A stretch of 64,000 bases of DNA from Candidatus Bathyarchaeota archaeon (GCA_963775465.1 CAVZIW010000012.1:64001-128000), one strand, 5' to 3'; shown: positions 50,777 through 60,953, counted from the stretch's first letter. Numbers and translations are program-made. The notes: generated from the sequence alone by a model not told the origin.

Positions 50777-51598
50777 ATGATTGTTGAAGAGCCACCGTTT
50801 TATGGTTCATGGAAAGGACGCGTTCTTGAAGCTATCGCGTTGGAGAACATACGTGATTGGAATGGGATATTAGAATATACTCAGCTTTACCCTGAGAACT
50901 TAAACAAGGCACTTTCCGAGTTGTATAACTTGGATGTGATTACTCGCAAAGATGATGGTCTTTATTGGATTAAAGACATTGTGCTGTATCATCAATATCT
51001 AGAATATTTTGAAAGTCCTGATGATGAATATAAGTCTCCTCTAATTGAACATGAAGAGCCTAAAGAGATCGCTTTGGAGAAAGCTCTTCCGAAAGATGAA
51101 AATATCGCTAATTTTGTTGTGAAATGGAGAGCTTTTAAGAACCTTTCTTTTTCTTTGGATGCACGTCACTTTTTCTTAGAAGGCACATACCTTGATGATC
51201 TCTCTAAAGATCTTATTCGGCAAGCAAAAAAAGAGGTTTTACTCGTGAACCCTTTCCTAGAAGAATGCCATCTGAGTAATACTCTTGTTGATGCTGTAGC
51301 CAATAAAGCAGAGGTTACAGTTGTTACGAGATCTCCATCTGATAATAGACCTGACGTGTTAAAAGAGAAACAAGAATACCATGAAACCCTAAAAAAAGAA
51401 GGCATAACCATAAACTACGACCGCCGGATCCATGCCAAATTACTTGTTGTCGATCAACAAATCGCAGTGATATCCTCGATGAATTTCTACTCCTACTCAT
51501 CAGGGGGATCTTCCTGGGAGGCAGGCATGATATCTATTGACGAACCAATCGTAAACTCAGTCCACAGCACCATCCATCAACTGCTAAAGAAGTTCTAA
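50777..51598 (+). CDS. Winged-helix plus phospholipase D (HKD) nuclease-domain protein
   Basis: N-terminal wHTH (LNKALSELY..DVI.RK.DG.YWI); AKKEVLLVNPF, HAKLLVVD...SSMNF, E.GM. Confidence 0.82.
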   Translation: MIVEEPPFYGSWKGRVLEAIALENIRDWNGILEYTQLYPENLNKALSELYNLDVITRKDDGLYWIKDIVLYHQYLEYFESPDDEYKSPLIEHEEPKEIALEKALPKDENIANFVVKWRAFKNLSFSLDARHFFLEGTYLDDLSKDLIRQAKKEVLLVNPFLEECHLSNTLVDAVANKAEVTVVTRSPSDNRPDVLKEKQEYHETLKKEGITINYDRRIHAKLLVVDQQIAVISSMNFYSYSSGGSSWEAGMISIDEPIVNSVHSTIHQLLKKF

Positions 51599-51659
51599 CG
51601 TCTACTTTTCCAAAATGAGGGTAAGACAGGTTTAATTGGTTTGGAATTGATTCATTGTT

Positions 51660-53009
51660 ATGCTTCGTTTGTGGTTTGACAAAGGCACTCTTCTTTTGAA
51701 GGGCGAAGCTGGAACTCCATATGGAAAATGGGACCCAAGGGTGGGCTGCTACAGAATTAAAGCATACCATTACCGAGACGTTTTGGAATACTTGGCTGAA
51801 AGCAAACTCCAAGTTGAAGATTCTGTTCCGATGCTGCCTCCCCTGGAACAAATCAAAAGTAATGTTGCGCTACGGGATTATCAGAATGAAGCTTTGAACA
51901 ATTGGTGCAAAGCCCGAAACAGGGGAGTTCTAGTTTTACCCACTGCAGCCGGAAAAACCTTCATCGCCCTAAAAGCAATTCAACAGCTGAAGGTTCAAAC
52001 CCTCATTGTAGTTCCAACGTTGGATCTGATTGATCAGTGGAAAAAACGCGTCAAAGAATGCCTCAACTTGGAAGCGGGTGCCGTAGGCGGAGGCGAAAAA
52101 ACATTACGAATGGTTACGGTTGCAACTTACGATTCAGCCTACATACACGCAGAACAGCTAGGCAACAAGTTCACGCTAATTGTCTTTGATGAAGTTCACC
52201 ATTTAGCTTCCACAGGCTACATACAGATAGCCGAAATGTACACGGCACCATACCGCATGGGCCTAACAGCAACCTACGAAAGAGGCGATCAAAGACACAA
52301 TTTGCTCTCACAACTAGTAGGCGACACCGTCTATTCAATCGACATCGAAGAACTTACAGGAGAACATCTATCACCATACACCTACCAGAAAATAGCAGTT
52401 GAACTAACCCCCCAAGAGCAACAAATATACGAATCTCAAATGAACATCTTCAGAAGCTTTCTTCAGCAACGAAGAATTACATTAAGAAGCGCCGCCGACT
52501 TCCAAAAATTCATAATGACCACCGGCAGAGACCCAAAAGCACGCGAAGCCCTACTCGCAAGAAATCGAGCAGTGAAAGTTGCAGTAAACTCAAAAGCTAA
52601 ACTAACCGCACTAGCCCAGCAGCTTGAAGCTTACCGAAAAGAGAAAATCCTAATTTTCACTCTCCACAACGACCTAGTCTACAGAATTAGTCAGCGTTTC
52701 CTAATTCCAGCCATAACACATCAAACTCCAAGAGAAGAACGCCGAGAAATACTCTCAAACTTTGGAAACGGCAAATACCCCGTCATCGTTACATCCCAAG
52801 TCCTAGACGAGGGCGTAGATGTGCCCGACGCTTCAGTAGGCTTAATTCTGGGTGGAACAGGCAGCAACAGAGAATACGTCCAAAGACTCGGACGACTGCT
52901 CAGGAAAAAAGAAGACAAACTAGCTCGCCTAATCGAAATAATCTCCAAAGAAACCCTGGAAGTAGGTACAAGCCGCAGACGCCACCAAAAAATACGAGGC
53001 GCACCCTAA
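51660..53009 (+). CDS. xpb: XPB/Rad25-like SF2 helicase
   Basis: LRDYQ, LPTAAGKT, VVPT, DEVHHL, GLTAT.ER.D, LDEGVDVPDA, QRLGRLLR. Confidence 0.9.
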   Translation: MLRLWFDKGTLLLKGEAGTPYGKWDPRVGCYRIKAYHYRDVLEYLAESKLQVEDSVPMLPPLEQIKSNVALRDYQNEALNNWCKARNRGVLVLPTAAGKTFIALKAIQQLKVQTLIVVPTLDLIDQWKKRVKECLNLEAGAVGGGEKTLRMVTVATYDSAYIHAEQLGNKFTLIVFDEVHHLASTGYIQIAEMYTAPYRMGLTATYERGDQRHNLLSQLVGDTVYSIDIEELTGEHLSPYTYQKIAVELTPQEQQIYESQMNIFRSFLQQRRITLRSAADFQKFIMTTGRDPKAREALLARNRAVKVAVNSKAKLTALAQQLEAYRKEKILIFTLHNDLVYRISQRFLIPAITHQTPREERREILSNFGNGKYPVIVTSQVLDEGVDVPDASVGLILGGTGSNREYVQRLGRLLRKKEDKLARLIEIISKETLEVGTSRRRHQKIRGAP

Positions 53010-54581
53010 ATGCTTCCAAACACATTGCTTTCAGTTTGGAAAAGGAAAGGCGAGATTTTTCCACGCTACGCCAAACCCTCCAGCGGCAACATTGAGGCGG
53101 CTAATTTTCTCATAGAAGCATACAAGTCGCATATTGGAGAAAAGAAAAAAGTTCTAAAAGCTTTGGTCGCTGAGCTTGAAGACAAAGGTTACGAGTACCG
53201 CTTTGTTAGGGCTCTTTCTTTGTTGCTCGACCGAAAAAGCACCTTTGTCTGCAAATGCAAAATTAACCCAGTTGACTTGAGAAGAAAAATATTTCAAGCC
53301 ACACAACAGTTTGGCTTGCCTACCACTTCTGAGAACCGACAAAAAATCCTGAAAAGCGTAGCTTCAGAAATGGCTCTTTCAGTGGAGAATGTTGAGGAAC
53401 ATTTTTACTCAGACTTAGAGGGCGAGTTAGTTCTTGAAAATTTTGCGGCGCCTCCAGTCTCGGAGTTGTTGGGCGAGTACAATTTGGGCTTGACTCAGAC
53501 GCTGCTTTTTGAAGCAACAGAGCTAAGTTTCACGGCGTCCGGCAACTGGCAAGACCTCTTCCACGCAATAAAAAAGTTTGGTTTGATCTATGAAGTCTAC
53601 AAAGATAATGGTTTGTGGGTGAAAATAGATGGCTCAGGTAGCTTGTTTAAGTTAACTCGAAGGTATGGAGTGAGCATAGCTAAGCTGCTGCCGATAATTG
53701 TAGCCAGCTCCGAATGGACTGTTAAGGCGAAAATTTTTTGGAGATTTACAAACGAAGTCTGCGACTTCAAACTTGAAAGCCAAAAGCATTCCTTACTGCT
53801 AAAGAAACAGCGCTTGCCAACTCTAACTTATGACAGCTCAATCGAAGAGGACTTCGCCTCCAAATTTCAAGCCTTAACCACCGGCTGGGCATTGAAAAGA
53901 GAACCTGAACCAATAACAGCCGATAAACACGTGATCATACCTGATTTCTCTCTTGAAAAAGCAGGCATCAAAATCTACTTGGAAATTGTGGGTTTCTGGA
54001 CAGAAGACTATTTGCGGCGAAAGATAGAGAAGCTAAAGCAGGTGAAACCAAAAATGCTGCTTTTGGTCAATGAAGCTTTGGCATGTGAAAAACTTTCTGC
54101 TTTGGAAAAACGACCACAGCTTGACTTGATTTATTACCGCAACAAAATTTCCTTGGCGCCGATTCTGCAATATCTACAAACGCAGTTTGAAGATGTCAAA
54201 TCTAAGGAGATTAAGCTCCTGGAGGCTTTATCGATTAGATTTACCGAACCAGTGGTTGATTTTAGGGAATTCGCAGCTAGAATTGGCGTTTCTGCAGAAG
54301 CAGCAAGAGCCTTCTTAGCTGCTAGCCCGCCTTCCGGCTATGTTGCCCTGGCGGATATTTTGATGAGCAAAGAAAAACTTTTGCAAATCGGAGATAAGAT
54401 AAAAGTAGCCATTGGTCAATCGGGAAAACTACCCCTTAAGGAGGCGGCAAGAATCATCGAAGAGGAAGGCGTAGACGACTCAGCCAATGTGCTGGCTATG
54501 CTTAGCTACAGAATTATATGGCGCGGAATCAACAGCGAACAAGCTGAAGTCTCTAAGAACCCCACGAATTCTACCGAATAA
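53010..54581 (+). CDS. bax1: Bax1 / DUF790 endonuclease
   Basis: YNL.LTQTLLF.A, IDG..SLF..TRRYG...AKLLP, YDS.IEE.F, REPEP, IPDF, YLEIVGFWT.DYL..K; abuts xpb. Confidence 0.9.
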   Translation: MLPNTLLSVWKRKGEIFPRYAKPSSGNIEAANFLIEAYKSHIGEKKKVLKALVAELEDKGYEYRFVRALSLLLDRKSTFVCKCKINPVDLRRKIFQATQQFGLPTTSENRQKILKSVASEMALSVENVEEHFYSDLEGELVLENFAAPPVSELLGEYNLGLTQTLLFEATELSFTASGNWQDLFHAIKKFGLIYEVYKDNGLWVKIDGSGSLFKLTRRYGVSIAKLLPIIVASSEWTVKAKIFWRFTNEVCDFKLESQKHSLLLKKQRLPTLTYDSSIEEDFASKFQALTTGWALKREPEPITADKHVIIPDFSLEKAGIKIYLEIVGFWTEDYLRRKIEKLKQVKPKMLLLVNEALACEKLSALEKRPQLDLIYYRNKISLAPILQYLQTQFEDVKSKEIKLLEALSIRFTEPVVDFREFAARIGVSAEAARAFLAASPPSGYVALADILMSKEKLLQIGDKIKVAIGQSGKLPLKEAARIIEEEGVDDSANVLAMLSYRIIWRGINSEQAEVSKNPTNSTE

Positions 54582-54608
54582 TAAGCTTCCGAGATCCTCT
54601 TTGCGACG

Positions 54609-54672
54609 ATGAAGCCATTTGACCTCGACAACACGCTAGTTGACTCCATTCGTGTAAAGGAGAAATCTTGTC
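54609..54672 (+). pseudogene. HAD-hydrolase N-terminal relic
   Basis: Reads FDLDNTLVDSI (HAD motif I), then decays. Confidence 0.45.
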
Positions 54673-54917
54673 ATAAAATAGTGATTATTCTTGTTTTTTC
54701 CACTTTTTGAATACTTTTGAAAGATTAAATACATAAGACAATCTTTGCGCATCCGTTTTTCCAAAAAGACGCTCAAATCAACTCGGTGAGAAAAGAAGTT
54801 ATGAAGACAAGCTCATACTCAAGAGCGTGATCATTTTCTCCTCTACCCAGAATCAGCTGCTTTAGCCCATTGGCCTTAATCGCTTCTACTAATTACACCA
54901 TTTTTTTGCTAATTCAG

Positions 54918-55184
54918 CTATCGGGTTGCCCGATATCTTTTTCTTGAATTTGAAGCCGTGCGTGGGCTATAAAACATTCTTGTATCGATTGAATCCCTGT
55001 TGCCGTAACCTTTGTTATTGAACGCTCGGTTTTCAAGTCCACACACGCAACAAAAGAATCCGCCTTGTGCACCCTTAAGTATTGGACCGCCACATCGAGA
55101 ACATTTATTGGCATTAGTGCGACTCGACATTAAACTCCTGATCCAATATTTGGGAAGATGTATATAATTTTTAGCACAACCCAA
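54918..55184 (-). CDS. Small zinc-ribbon protein
   Basis: CSRCGG....GGFFCCVCG; likely start MSS near 55130 after a GGAG RBS. Confidence 0.55.
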   Translation of the reverse strand: MGCAKNYIHLPKYWIRSLMSSRTNANKCSRCGGPILKGAQGGFFCCVCGLENRAFNNKGYGNRDSIDTRMFYSPRTASNSRKRYRATR

Positions 55185-55288
55185 AATTTCGCTCTAATTA
55201 CTAATAAGGGTATTTCCCTTTATTGTCAAAAAATAGGTCTTCATGATCCGCCCTCTTTATCTATTGACAATTTTTCTCTATCCCACAC

Positions 55289-55759
55289 TTATCGGTTGGG
55301 AACCCACCGCCTCTTAGGATCGGAACCTTGTAGTTTTTCAGCTTGATAGCCACATGCATAGCATTTTCCGTCATGCACCGAAATTACATCACCACAGCTT
55401 GGGCACCGATACTTTTCAGACTGCCACTTAAGAAACTCATCCATGCCCTTTTCTTGGATCATTTTTTGGTTTTCAACCATGCTCATCCCGTAACGTGCGC
55501 TGTAAAGCTCGTCTATTTTGGCTATATTCTTGCAGGGCATGTCTGCGCATTCATAGCAGAAACGAAGTTGCTTTTTTCTTAGTTTATCGCAGTCTCTTTT
55601 AACGAATGCACAGTTTTTGTTACGAACTAAGCAACCTGAGCAATGCGATACTTTGCCTTTCTCATAAGGGACTCCCCGCGAATACGCAAGATATGCTTTG
55701 CAGATTCCACAGTTCATTCCACATGGCGCAATAAGGTCAACAGTAAATTCATCAACCAT
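55289..55759 (-). CDS. DUF3795 domain (Cys-rich) protein
   Basis: IAPCG.NC..C, C.GC, FCYEC...PC, M.EN...I...G...FL, CP.CG....H...CY.C. Confidence 0.85.
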   Translation of the reverse strand: MVDEFTVDLIAPCGMNCGICKAYLAYSRGVPYEKGKVSHCSGCLVRNKNCAFVKRDCDKLRKKQLRFCYECADMPCKNIAKIDELYSARYGMSMVENQKMIQEKGMDEFLKWQSEKYRCPSCGDVISVHDGKCYACGYQAEKLQGSDPKRRWVPNR

Positions 55760-55979
55760 ACTTTCTTTTATGACCAGAGAAAACTAATTAGCCTTACTCA
55801 CCAAAGAGGATACATCAGAAGAGGCTGCCGGGATATGTTATCATTTTAAAATAACGTAAATGAGTACAACAGCTCTTTCCCTAAACAGCTCCAGCATCCT
55901 GTTTGAACACTTTGTTGTATTCCATGATTCTCTATATCCCAAACTTTACAGCTATTTTTTCTTCCAGTTTCAACTTCTC

Positions 55980-56336
55980 TCAATTAGCTTCATCGAGGTT
56001 TGTCTTTACAAGTACTTCCATTTTTGTTCGGTTGCCACATTTAGGGCATTTCAGGTAGGCCCAACCTTCACCGTTTTTGGTCACTCCATGTGGACTAAAG
56101 AGATCAGTGAGGAATGATATTTCAAATTCATTGCCGCAAATTGGGCAATGGTATGCAGTGGTTCTTTTATGCCATAAAACAAGTGCGAATAATCCGCCTA
56201 CCACTATTGCAATCCAAAGATACCAGTAAGTGATTAGCAAGATAAAGGCGGTAACTGAAATGACCGCAACGTAGATCCCTATGACTATCAATGATGTTGT
56301 CCAGTCACTTCTTTTAGGCTTACGATGACTAATCAT
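55980..56336 (-). CDS. Two-TM protein with zinc ribbon
   Basis: YHCPICG.EF.IS......PH......YLKCPKCG. Confidence 0.75.
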   Translation of the reverse strand: MISHRKPKRSDWTTSLIVIGIYVAVISVTAFILLITYWYLWIAIVVGGLFALVLWHKRTTAYHCPICGNEFEISFLTDLFSPHGVTKNGEGWAYLKCPKCGNRTKMEVLVKTNLDEAN

Positions 56337-56343
56337 CCAACTT

Positions 56344-56825
56344 CTACCTATCTAATTGGTTTTGAATTACTTGACATATTCGGTCTGGATTGTGAGAGGA
56401 GAAAACAAACACTTTCCCAGTTTTAGGCGCAACCTCAACAGCAGCTCCAAAAGATGTCGTGTACGCTATTGAGCCATCGGATCCGTATCGAATGCCTATC
56501 CCAAAATATCGTCCCAAGTTAGCTTTGGTTCTTCGGCAATAAGTAAGCTCATCTAACTGGAAGGATTTCCTGTTGAAGACGCCATAAACAACTGTGAGGC
56601 GTTTGCCCTTATTTGGATTCGTAGACCGCGATAATTCCAAATCAAAAAACCTATGAAGGCTAAAACGCCCCAGCTGATCGCAATCGGAACAACGCTGTCA
56701 GCCGATAACCCGGAAAAGAACAAAATCGTAAAAGTTATAAAAATTTCTAATAAAATGAACATTGCCACTAAGCCCTTAACGAGCTTCCCCATCGGCACCC
56801 ACTCAATGTAATCGACATCTTGCAT
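56344..56825 (-). CDS. Two-TM plus PH-like domain membrane protein; frameshift near 56612
   Basis: NYRGLRIQI joins KGKRLTVVYG...GIGIRYG.DGS.AY...FS..NPD by adding one A in an A run. Confidence 0.65.
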
Positions 56826-57043
56826 GCCCAAAAAATAGGCAATCAATCATTTATTTTTCTTTATGACACATGCAATTTGAGACATAAAAGCGCCGATAAC
56901 GTCGTTGAAGTTTGAGTTTGCCTGCCTTATCCATCAGTATTAAGATAGAGATTATTTTTCACTTTCACAAAGCCCTCTGCTGTTGAGGGAGGTAGTTTTT
57001 CCCTGTGCTTTTTATTTTGTTTTAGTGATAAGCATTAGCCCAC

Positions 57044-57277
57044 GTGATTGTCATGAAAAAGAAAACTCAAATATTAGCAACCGAAAACGATCTTTTGTTG
57101 GATTTGACTTTTCATAGTGTTCCAGCTTCGCTGCTCTCTGAGTTTGCGGAAAAAATCGTGAAACCCTACTATGGCGGCAACCTAAACGCAGCCATCCAAG
57201 ATCTACTGCATAAATCCCTCGCGGAACACGATTTCGTTCAGTCTCACATCACTCACATCAAAAGCTGCGAGGCTTAA
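57044..57277 (+). CDS. Small RHH-like hypothetical protein
   Basis: LTFHSVPASLLSEF.......YGGNLNAAIQDLL. Confidence 0.55.
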   Translation: MIVMKKKTQILATENDLLLDLTFHSVPASLLSEFAEKIVKPYYGGNLNAAIQDLLHKSLAEHDFVQSHITHIKSCEA

Positions 57278-57280
57278 CAT

Positions 57281-57562
57281 ATGGGCAAAACTGTTGAGTC
57301 CTACAGAATGGCTCTGGAAGGAGAAATCAGCAGATGGAGTGGCTTTGTTAGAGCTCTACGCAAAGATGACTGTGAAGCCTTCGAGCAGATGATGGATATG
57401 TGCCGGGGCTACGCTTCAGCCGGGAGCAATGCGACAAACCCGATACTTTTTGAACCCTTCGTTATGAGCATTTTGCTGGCGCAGCAGAAGAAGATAATGT
57501 CGCTTGAAAAGAAACTGAACACAAACCAACAAGCAGTTACTATGCTTAACCAAAAAAACTAA
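57281..57562 (+). CDS. Small helical protein of the PolB2-operon-associated family (arCOG07300-like)
   Basis: MG.TV.SYRMALE.EI..W..F.RALR..D..AF..M.D....YA.A......P..FE...MSILL. Confidence 0.6.
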   Translation: MGKTVESYRMALEGEISRWSGFVRALRKDDCEAFEQMMDMCRGYASAGSNATNPILFEPFVMSILLAQQKKIMSLEKKLNTNQQAVTMLNQKN

Positions 57563-57774
57563 CTTTGAAGTGCAATAAAATATGAGGTATTATCGAGGTA
57601 GGGGTGCTTCCTGACTTTAGATAGTTTTGATTATAAGATACAAGCACTATACTTTTTTAATGGGTTTTTAGATTGATTTTTTATGGGACTAGGCGCAATA
57701 CTTGTTGATGAAGGCATTCTGTTTTTTGCTTTGATTTTAGGTTTTGAAAGAAAATTTAAGGGAACGTTTTAAGG

Positions 57775-60333
57775 ATGACAATTAATAAAAAGGAAGCTCC
57801 AACAAATTTAAACCCTGGCATAGAAAACGCTCATTCATTAACCGCTGATGAAACGGTTAAAACTTTAGTCACATCACTTGAAGGTTTGACAAAAACAGAA
57901 GCTGACAACCGGATCAAAATATATGGTAGAAATATCTTAGAGGAAGAAGAAACAAGCAAATTAAAGATTCTTTTTAGGCAATTCAAGAACGTTTTGGTCT
58001 ACGTACTTTTTGCAGCTTCCCTCTTAACTCTTATAATGGGCGAATGGACGGACTTTATAGTAATCGTCTTCATCATTATGGTTAACAGTCTTATAGGTTT
58101 CTGGCAGGAGCTAAAAGCTGAAACCACGTTAAATGCTTTAAAGAAACTCACAGAGAGCAAAGTTAAGGTCATAAGAGAAGGTCAAAGCCTCATTATTCCC
58201 TCATCTGAACTTGTACCTGGTGACTATGTAGCTGTTTCTGAGGGTGACTTAATAACAGCTGATATGAGATTATCTGATAGTACGGGCCTTACCGTTGATG
58301 AATCAACACTGACTGGAGAGTCACTTCCAGTCTTAAAGGATCATTCTATCATACTTCCACCAAGCACGCTTCCATATGAGCTAAAGAACCTGCTTCTTAC
58401 TGGTACAGCAATCGTCAGAGGTTCAGGAAAAGGATTTGTAACCAAAACTGGTGTTAACACATATTTTGCTTCAATTGCTGAAAAAGCCAAAGGTTCTTCT
58501 CCAATCAGCCCCTTGGCAAAGGCAATCAAGTACTTCGCCAGACGCTATGTTATACTTTTATTGTCATTGTTGTCGATTGTGGGGATAATCGGGTTCTTAC
58601 AAGGCAGAGAACTATCAAACATAGCATACACCTTAGTTGCCCAACTCGTTTCATCCGTTCCCGAAGGCTTACCACTAGTTGTAACGGTTGTTGTTACAGT
58701 CGGGGCTCTTGCTTTGAGTAAAAAGAAAACTCTGACTAGGGATTTACCATCAGTTGAAACATTAGGCAGTGCAACTGTAATAGCGTCCGATAAAACAGGC
58801 ACTATTACTGAAGGAAAACTAGCCGTCAAAGAAGTCCACGCGTTAAATTTAGAGAATCTTAAGGTGGGGGTTGCTCTCTGTAATGACGCTCATGATTACA
58901 AGGGAGACCCCATAGACGTAGCATGCGCCAAATGGGTTGAGAACTTTAAAGAAATTAGAACCAAATACAAACCAATATGGACTTATCCATTTGACACAAA
59001 GCTAAGGCTGATGGCCACAATAAACGATGTTGATGGGGCGCAAAAACTCTTTGTAAAAGGAGCTTACGAAGAACTCAAAAAAATGGCCATAAACTCAGAT
59101 AAATTCAAAGAACTTGAGAAAGCGCTTACCAATATGGCTGAAAATGGCTTGAGAGTTATTGCAGTCGGCGTCGGAGAAGGATCCAGTAAATCTCCACTCT
59201 CTTGGAAGCTTGAGATAGTGGGCATTATTGGATTTTTGGATCCTCCTAAAGAAGAAGTAAAGGCATCAATATCAATTGCAAAGAAAGCTGGAATAAAAGT
59301 CATCATGATTACAGGTGACGATCCATTAACAGCTAAGGCAGTTGCAGAAGAAGTGGGCATTTGGGAAGAAGGCAATCAACTGCTAACTGGAAAGCAAATC
59401 GAACAAATAGATGACAAGGAACTCTTTGACAAGCTCAAGAAAACAACTGTTTTAGCTAGAATCTTGCCCGAGCACAAACACAGGATAGTAAAAGTTCTCC
59501 AAGAGAACGGAGAAATAGTGGCTGTAACTGGGGACGGAGTAAATGATGTTCCTGCCCTCAAGATCGCAGACTTAGGAATTGCAATGGGATCTGGAACAGA
59601 AGCAGCCAAAGGCGTTTCAAAGATGGTTATTCTGGACAGCAACTTGAAAGTCATAGTAGAAGCAATAAAGATGGGCCGAGTAATAGCCGATAATATTCGA
59701 AAAGTAATATACTATCTACTATCAACCGCTATTCAAGAACTTCTGCTTGTATCATTTGCTATAATTGCTTTTTTACCTTTGCCACTGTTTCCTATTCAGA
59801 TACTTTGGATAAATATAGTAACTGACGGTGTTCAAGACAAAACATTCCCCTTCACTAAAGAAGAAGGTAATGTTATGAATAGGCCCCCGAAAAAATCGGA
59901 AAAACACTTTTTTGACCGATCTCAAATACTCAGAGTTGTTACATTCGGCCTCGCAGTGGGACTTGTTTGTCTCTTCCTTTTCATACACCTGATGGGAAAG
60001 TATTCATATGAAATCGCTGTTTCAGTGACATTCACCTCAGTTGTGTTTGCTCAGTGGACAAATGGCATACACGCTCAAAAAGAGAAGCAACCTTTCTTCA
60101 AGGATATCAAACAGAGCTTAACCATAAACCCATACATCTTCATAGGAGTAGGGATCGGTGTTGTTCTTCAGTTGTCAGTGATATACCTAATGCCGGGCTT
60201 GTTTGACGTTGTTCCGCTTACGCTAGAACATTGGATTTACGTTCTATTTGTAGCTCTATTCGCATTTGCCATAGTTGAAGCTAGAAAGTGGGTCGAGTTT
60301 CTTATTGAAAAATACCGAATGAAACAAAATTGA
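57775..60333 (+). CDS. P-type cation-transporting ATPase (type II, Ca2+-like)
   Basis: TGES, VPEGLP, DKTGTIT, KGA, DPP, MITGD, TGDGVNDVPAL, QILWIN.VTDG. Confidence 0.95.
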   Translation: MTINKKEAPTNLNPGIENAHSLTADETVKTLVTSLEGLTKTEADNRIKIYGRNILEEEETSKLKILFRQFKNVLVYVLFAASLLTLIMGEWTDFIVIVFIIMVNSLIGFWQELKAETTLNALKKLTESKVKVIREGQSLIIPSSELVPGDYVAVSEGDLITADMRLSDSTGLTVDESTLTGESLPVLKDHSIILPPSTLPYELKNLLLTGTAIVRGSGKGFVTKTGVNTYFASIAEKAKGSSPISPLAKAIKYFARRYVILLLSLLSIVGIIGFLQGRELSNIAYTLVAQLVSSVPEGLPLVVTVVVTVGALALSKKKTLTRDLPSVETLGSATVIASDKTGTITEGKLAVKEVHALNLENLKVGVALCNDAHDYKGDPIDVACAKWVENFKEIRTKYKPIWTYPFDTKLRLMATINDVDGAQKLFVKGAYEELKKMAINSDKFKELEKALTNMAENGLRVIAVGVGEGSSKSPLSWKLEIVGIIGFLDPPKEEVKASISIAKKAGIKVIMITGDDPLTAKAVAEEVGIWEEGNQLLTGKQIEQIDDKELFDKLKKTTVLARILPEHKHRIVKVLQENGEIVAVTGDGVNDVPALKIADLGIAMGSGTEAAKGVSKMVILDSNLKVIVEAIKMGRVIADNIRKVIYYLLSTAIQELLLVSFAIIAFLPLPLFPIQILWINIVTDGVQDKTFPFTKEEGNVMNRPPKKSEKHFFDRSQILRVVTFGLAVGLVCLFLFIHLMGKYSYEIAVSVTFTSVVFAQWTNGIHAQKEKQPFFKDIKQSLTINPYIFIGVGIGVVLQLSVIYLMPGLFDVVPLTLEHWIYVLFVALFAFAIVEARKWVEFLIEKYRMKQN

Positions 60334-60431
60334 AAACGCGTATGAATGTTACCCAAAATGATTATGAGCGCCCGCGCTGGAGAGTGGATCAAAGATAACA
60401 AACAGAGTAATTACAGATCTATCTATTGTTT

Positions 60432-60655
60432 TTAAAATTTGGCTAGGTTGATCGCTATCCAAGAAACTTTGGGATTAATACACAGGGTAGGAGCGTTTTT
60501 CAATTCCTCACTGCTGACATTTCCAAGAAAAAGCTTTGATGAACTACTCTTACCTGTGCACCCCAGAACAATCAAATTAAAATGCTTATCATAGGCAGTT
60601 TAAATATCTCCTGCACCGCATCTCCATCAACCAATAAAGGTTCTTGAGTACTCAC
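60432..60655 (-). pseudogene. Universal stress protein C-terminal half, frameshifted
   Basis: LVDGDAVQEIF / TAYDKHFNLIVLGCTGKS...KLFLGNVSSE..KNAP. Confidence 0.55.
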
Positions 60656-60867
60656 TTGTTTTTCTGTAATTCGCATTTTACTTCATAATTAACTATAACT
60701 AAACCAATCACTGTTGTCACCATTCCAATTCCAAGAAGTAGCCACAAATTGGAATTACCAAGATATTCGTCTAGCAATAGCCAGGTGCTTCTAAAAACAA
60801 GTACCGATGCAAAAAGAAGTACAAACTCACCAACTATCAGAGTCACTAATTTCATATCCATCACCAT
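60652..60867 (-). CDS. Small two-TM membrane protein
   Basis: Hydrophobic ORF, SVLVFRSTWLLLD. Confidence 0.6.
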   Translation of the reverse strand: MVMDMKLVTLIVGEFVLLFASVLVFRSTWLLLDEYLGNSNLWLLLGIGMVTTVIGLVIVNYEVKCELQKNK

Positions 60868-60953
60868 AAAAAAATGATATTGTGGATATATATTTTTTAA
60901 AGAGTGAAATTAGATCAAAACAAAGTTAAGCTCATATAGATCACTTACAGGCT

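Noticed and set aside
50777-51598. TrmB-family sugar-sensing regulator
   Set aside because: The architecture is similar, but the catalytic HKD and SxN residues are intact and the context is nuclease/helicase genes rather than sugar transport; not fully excluded
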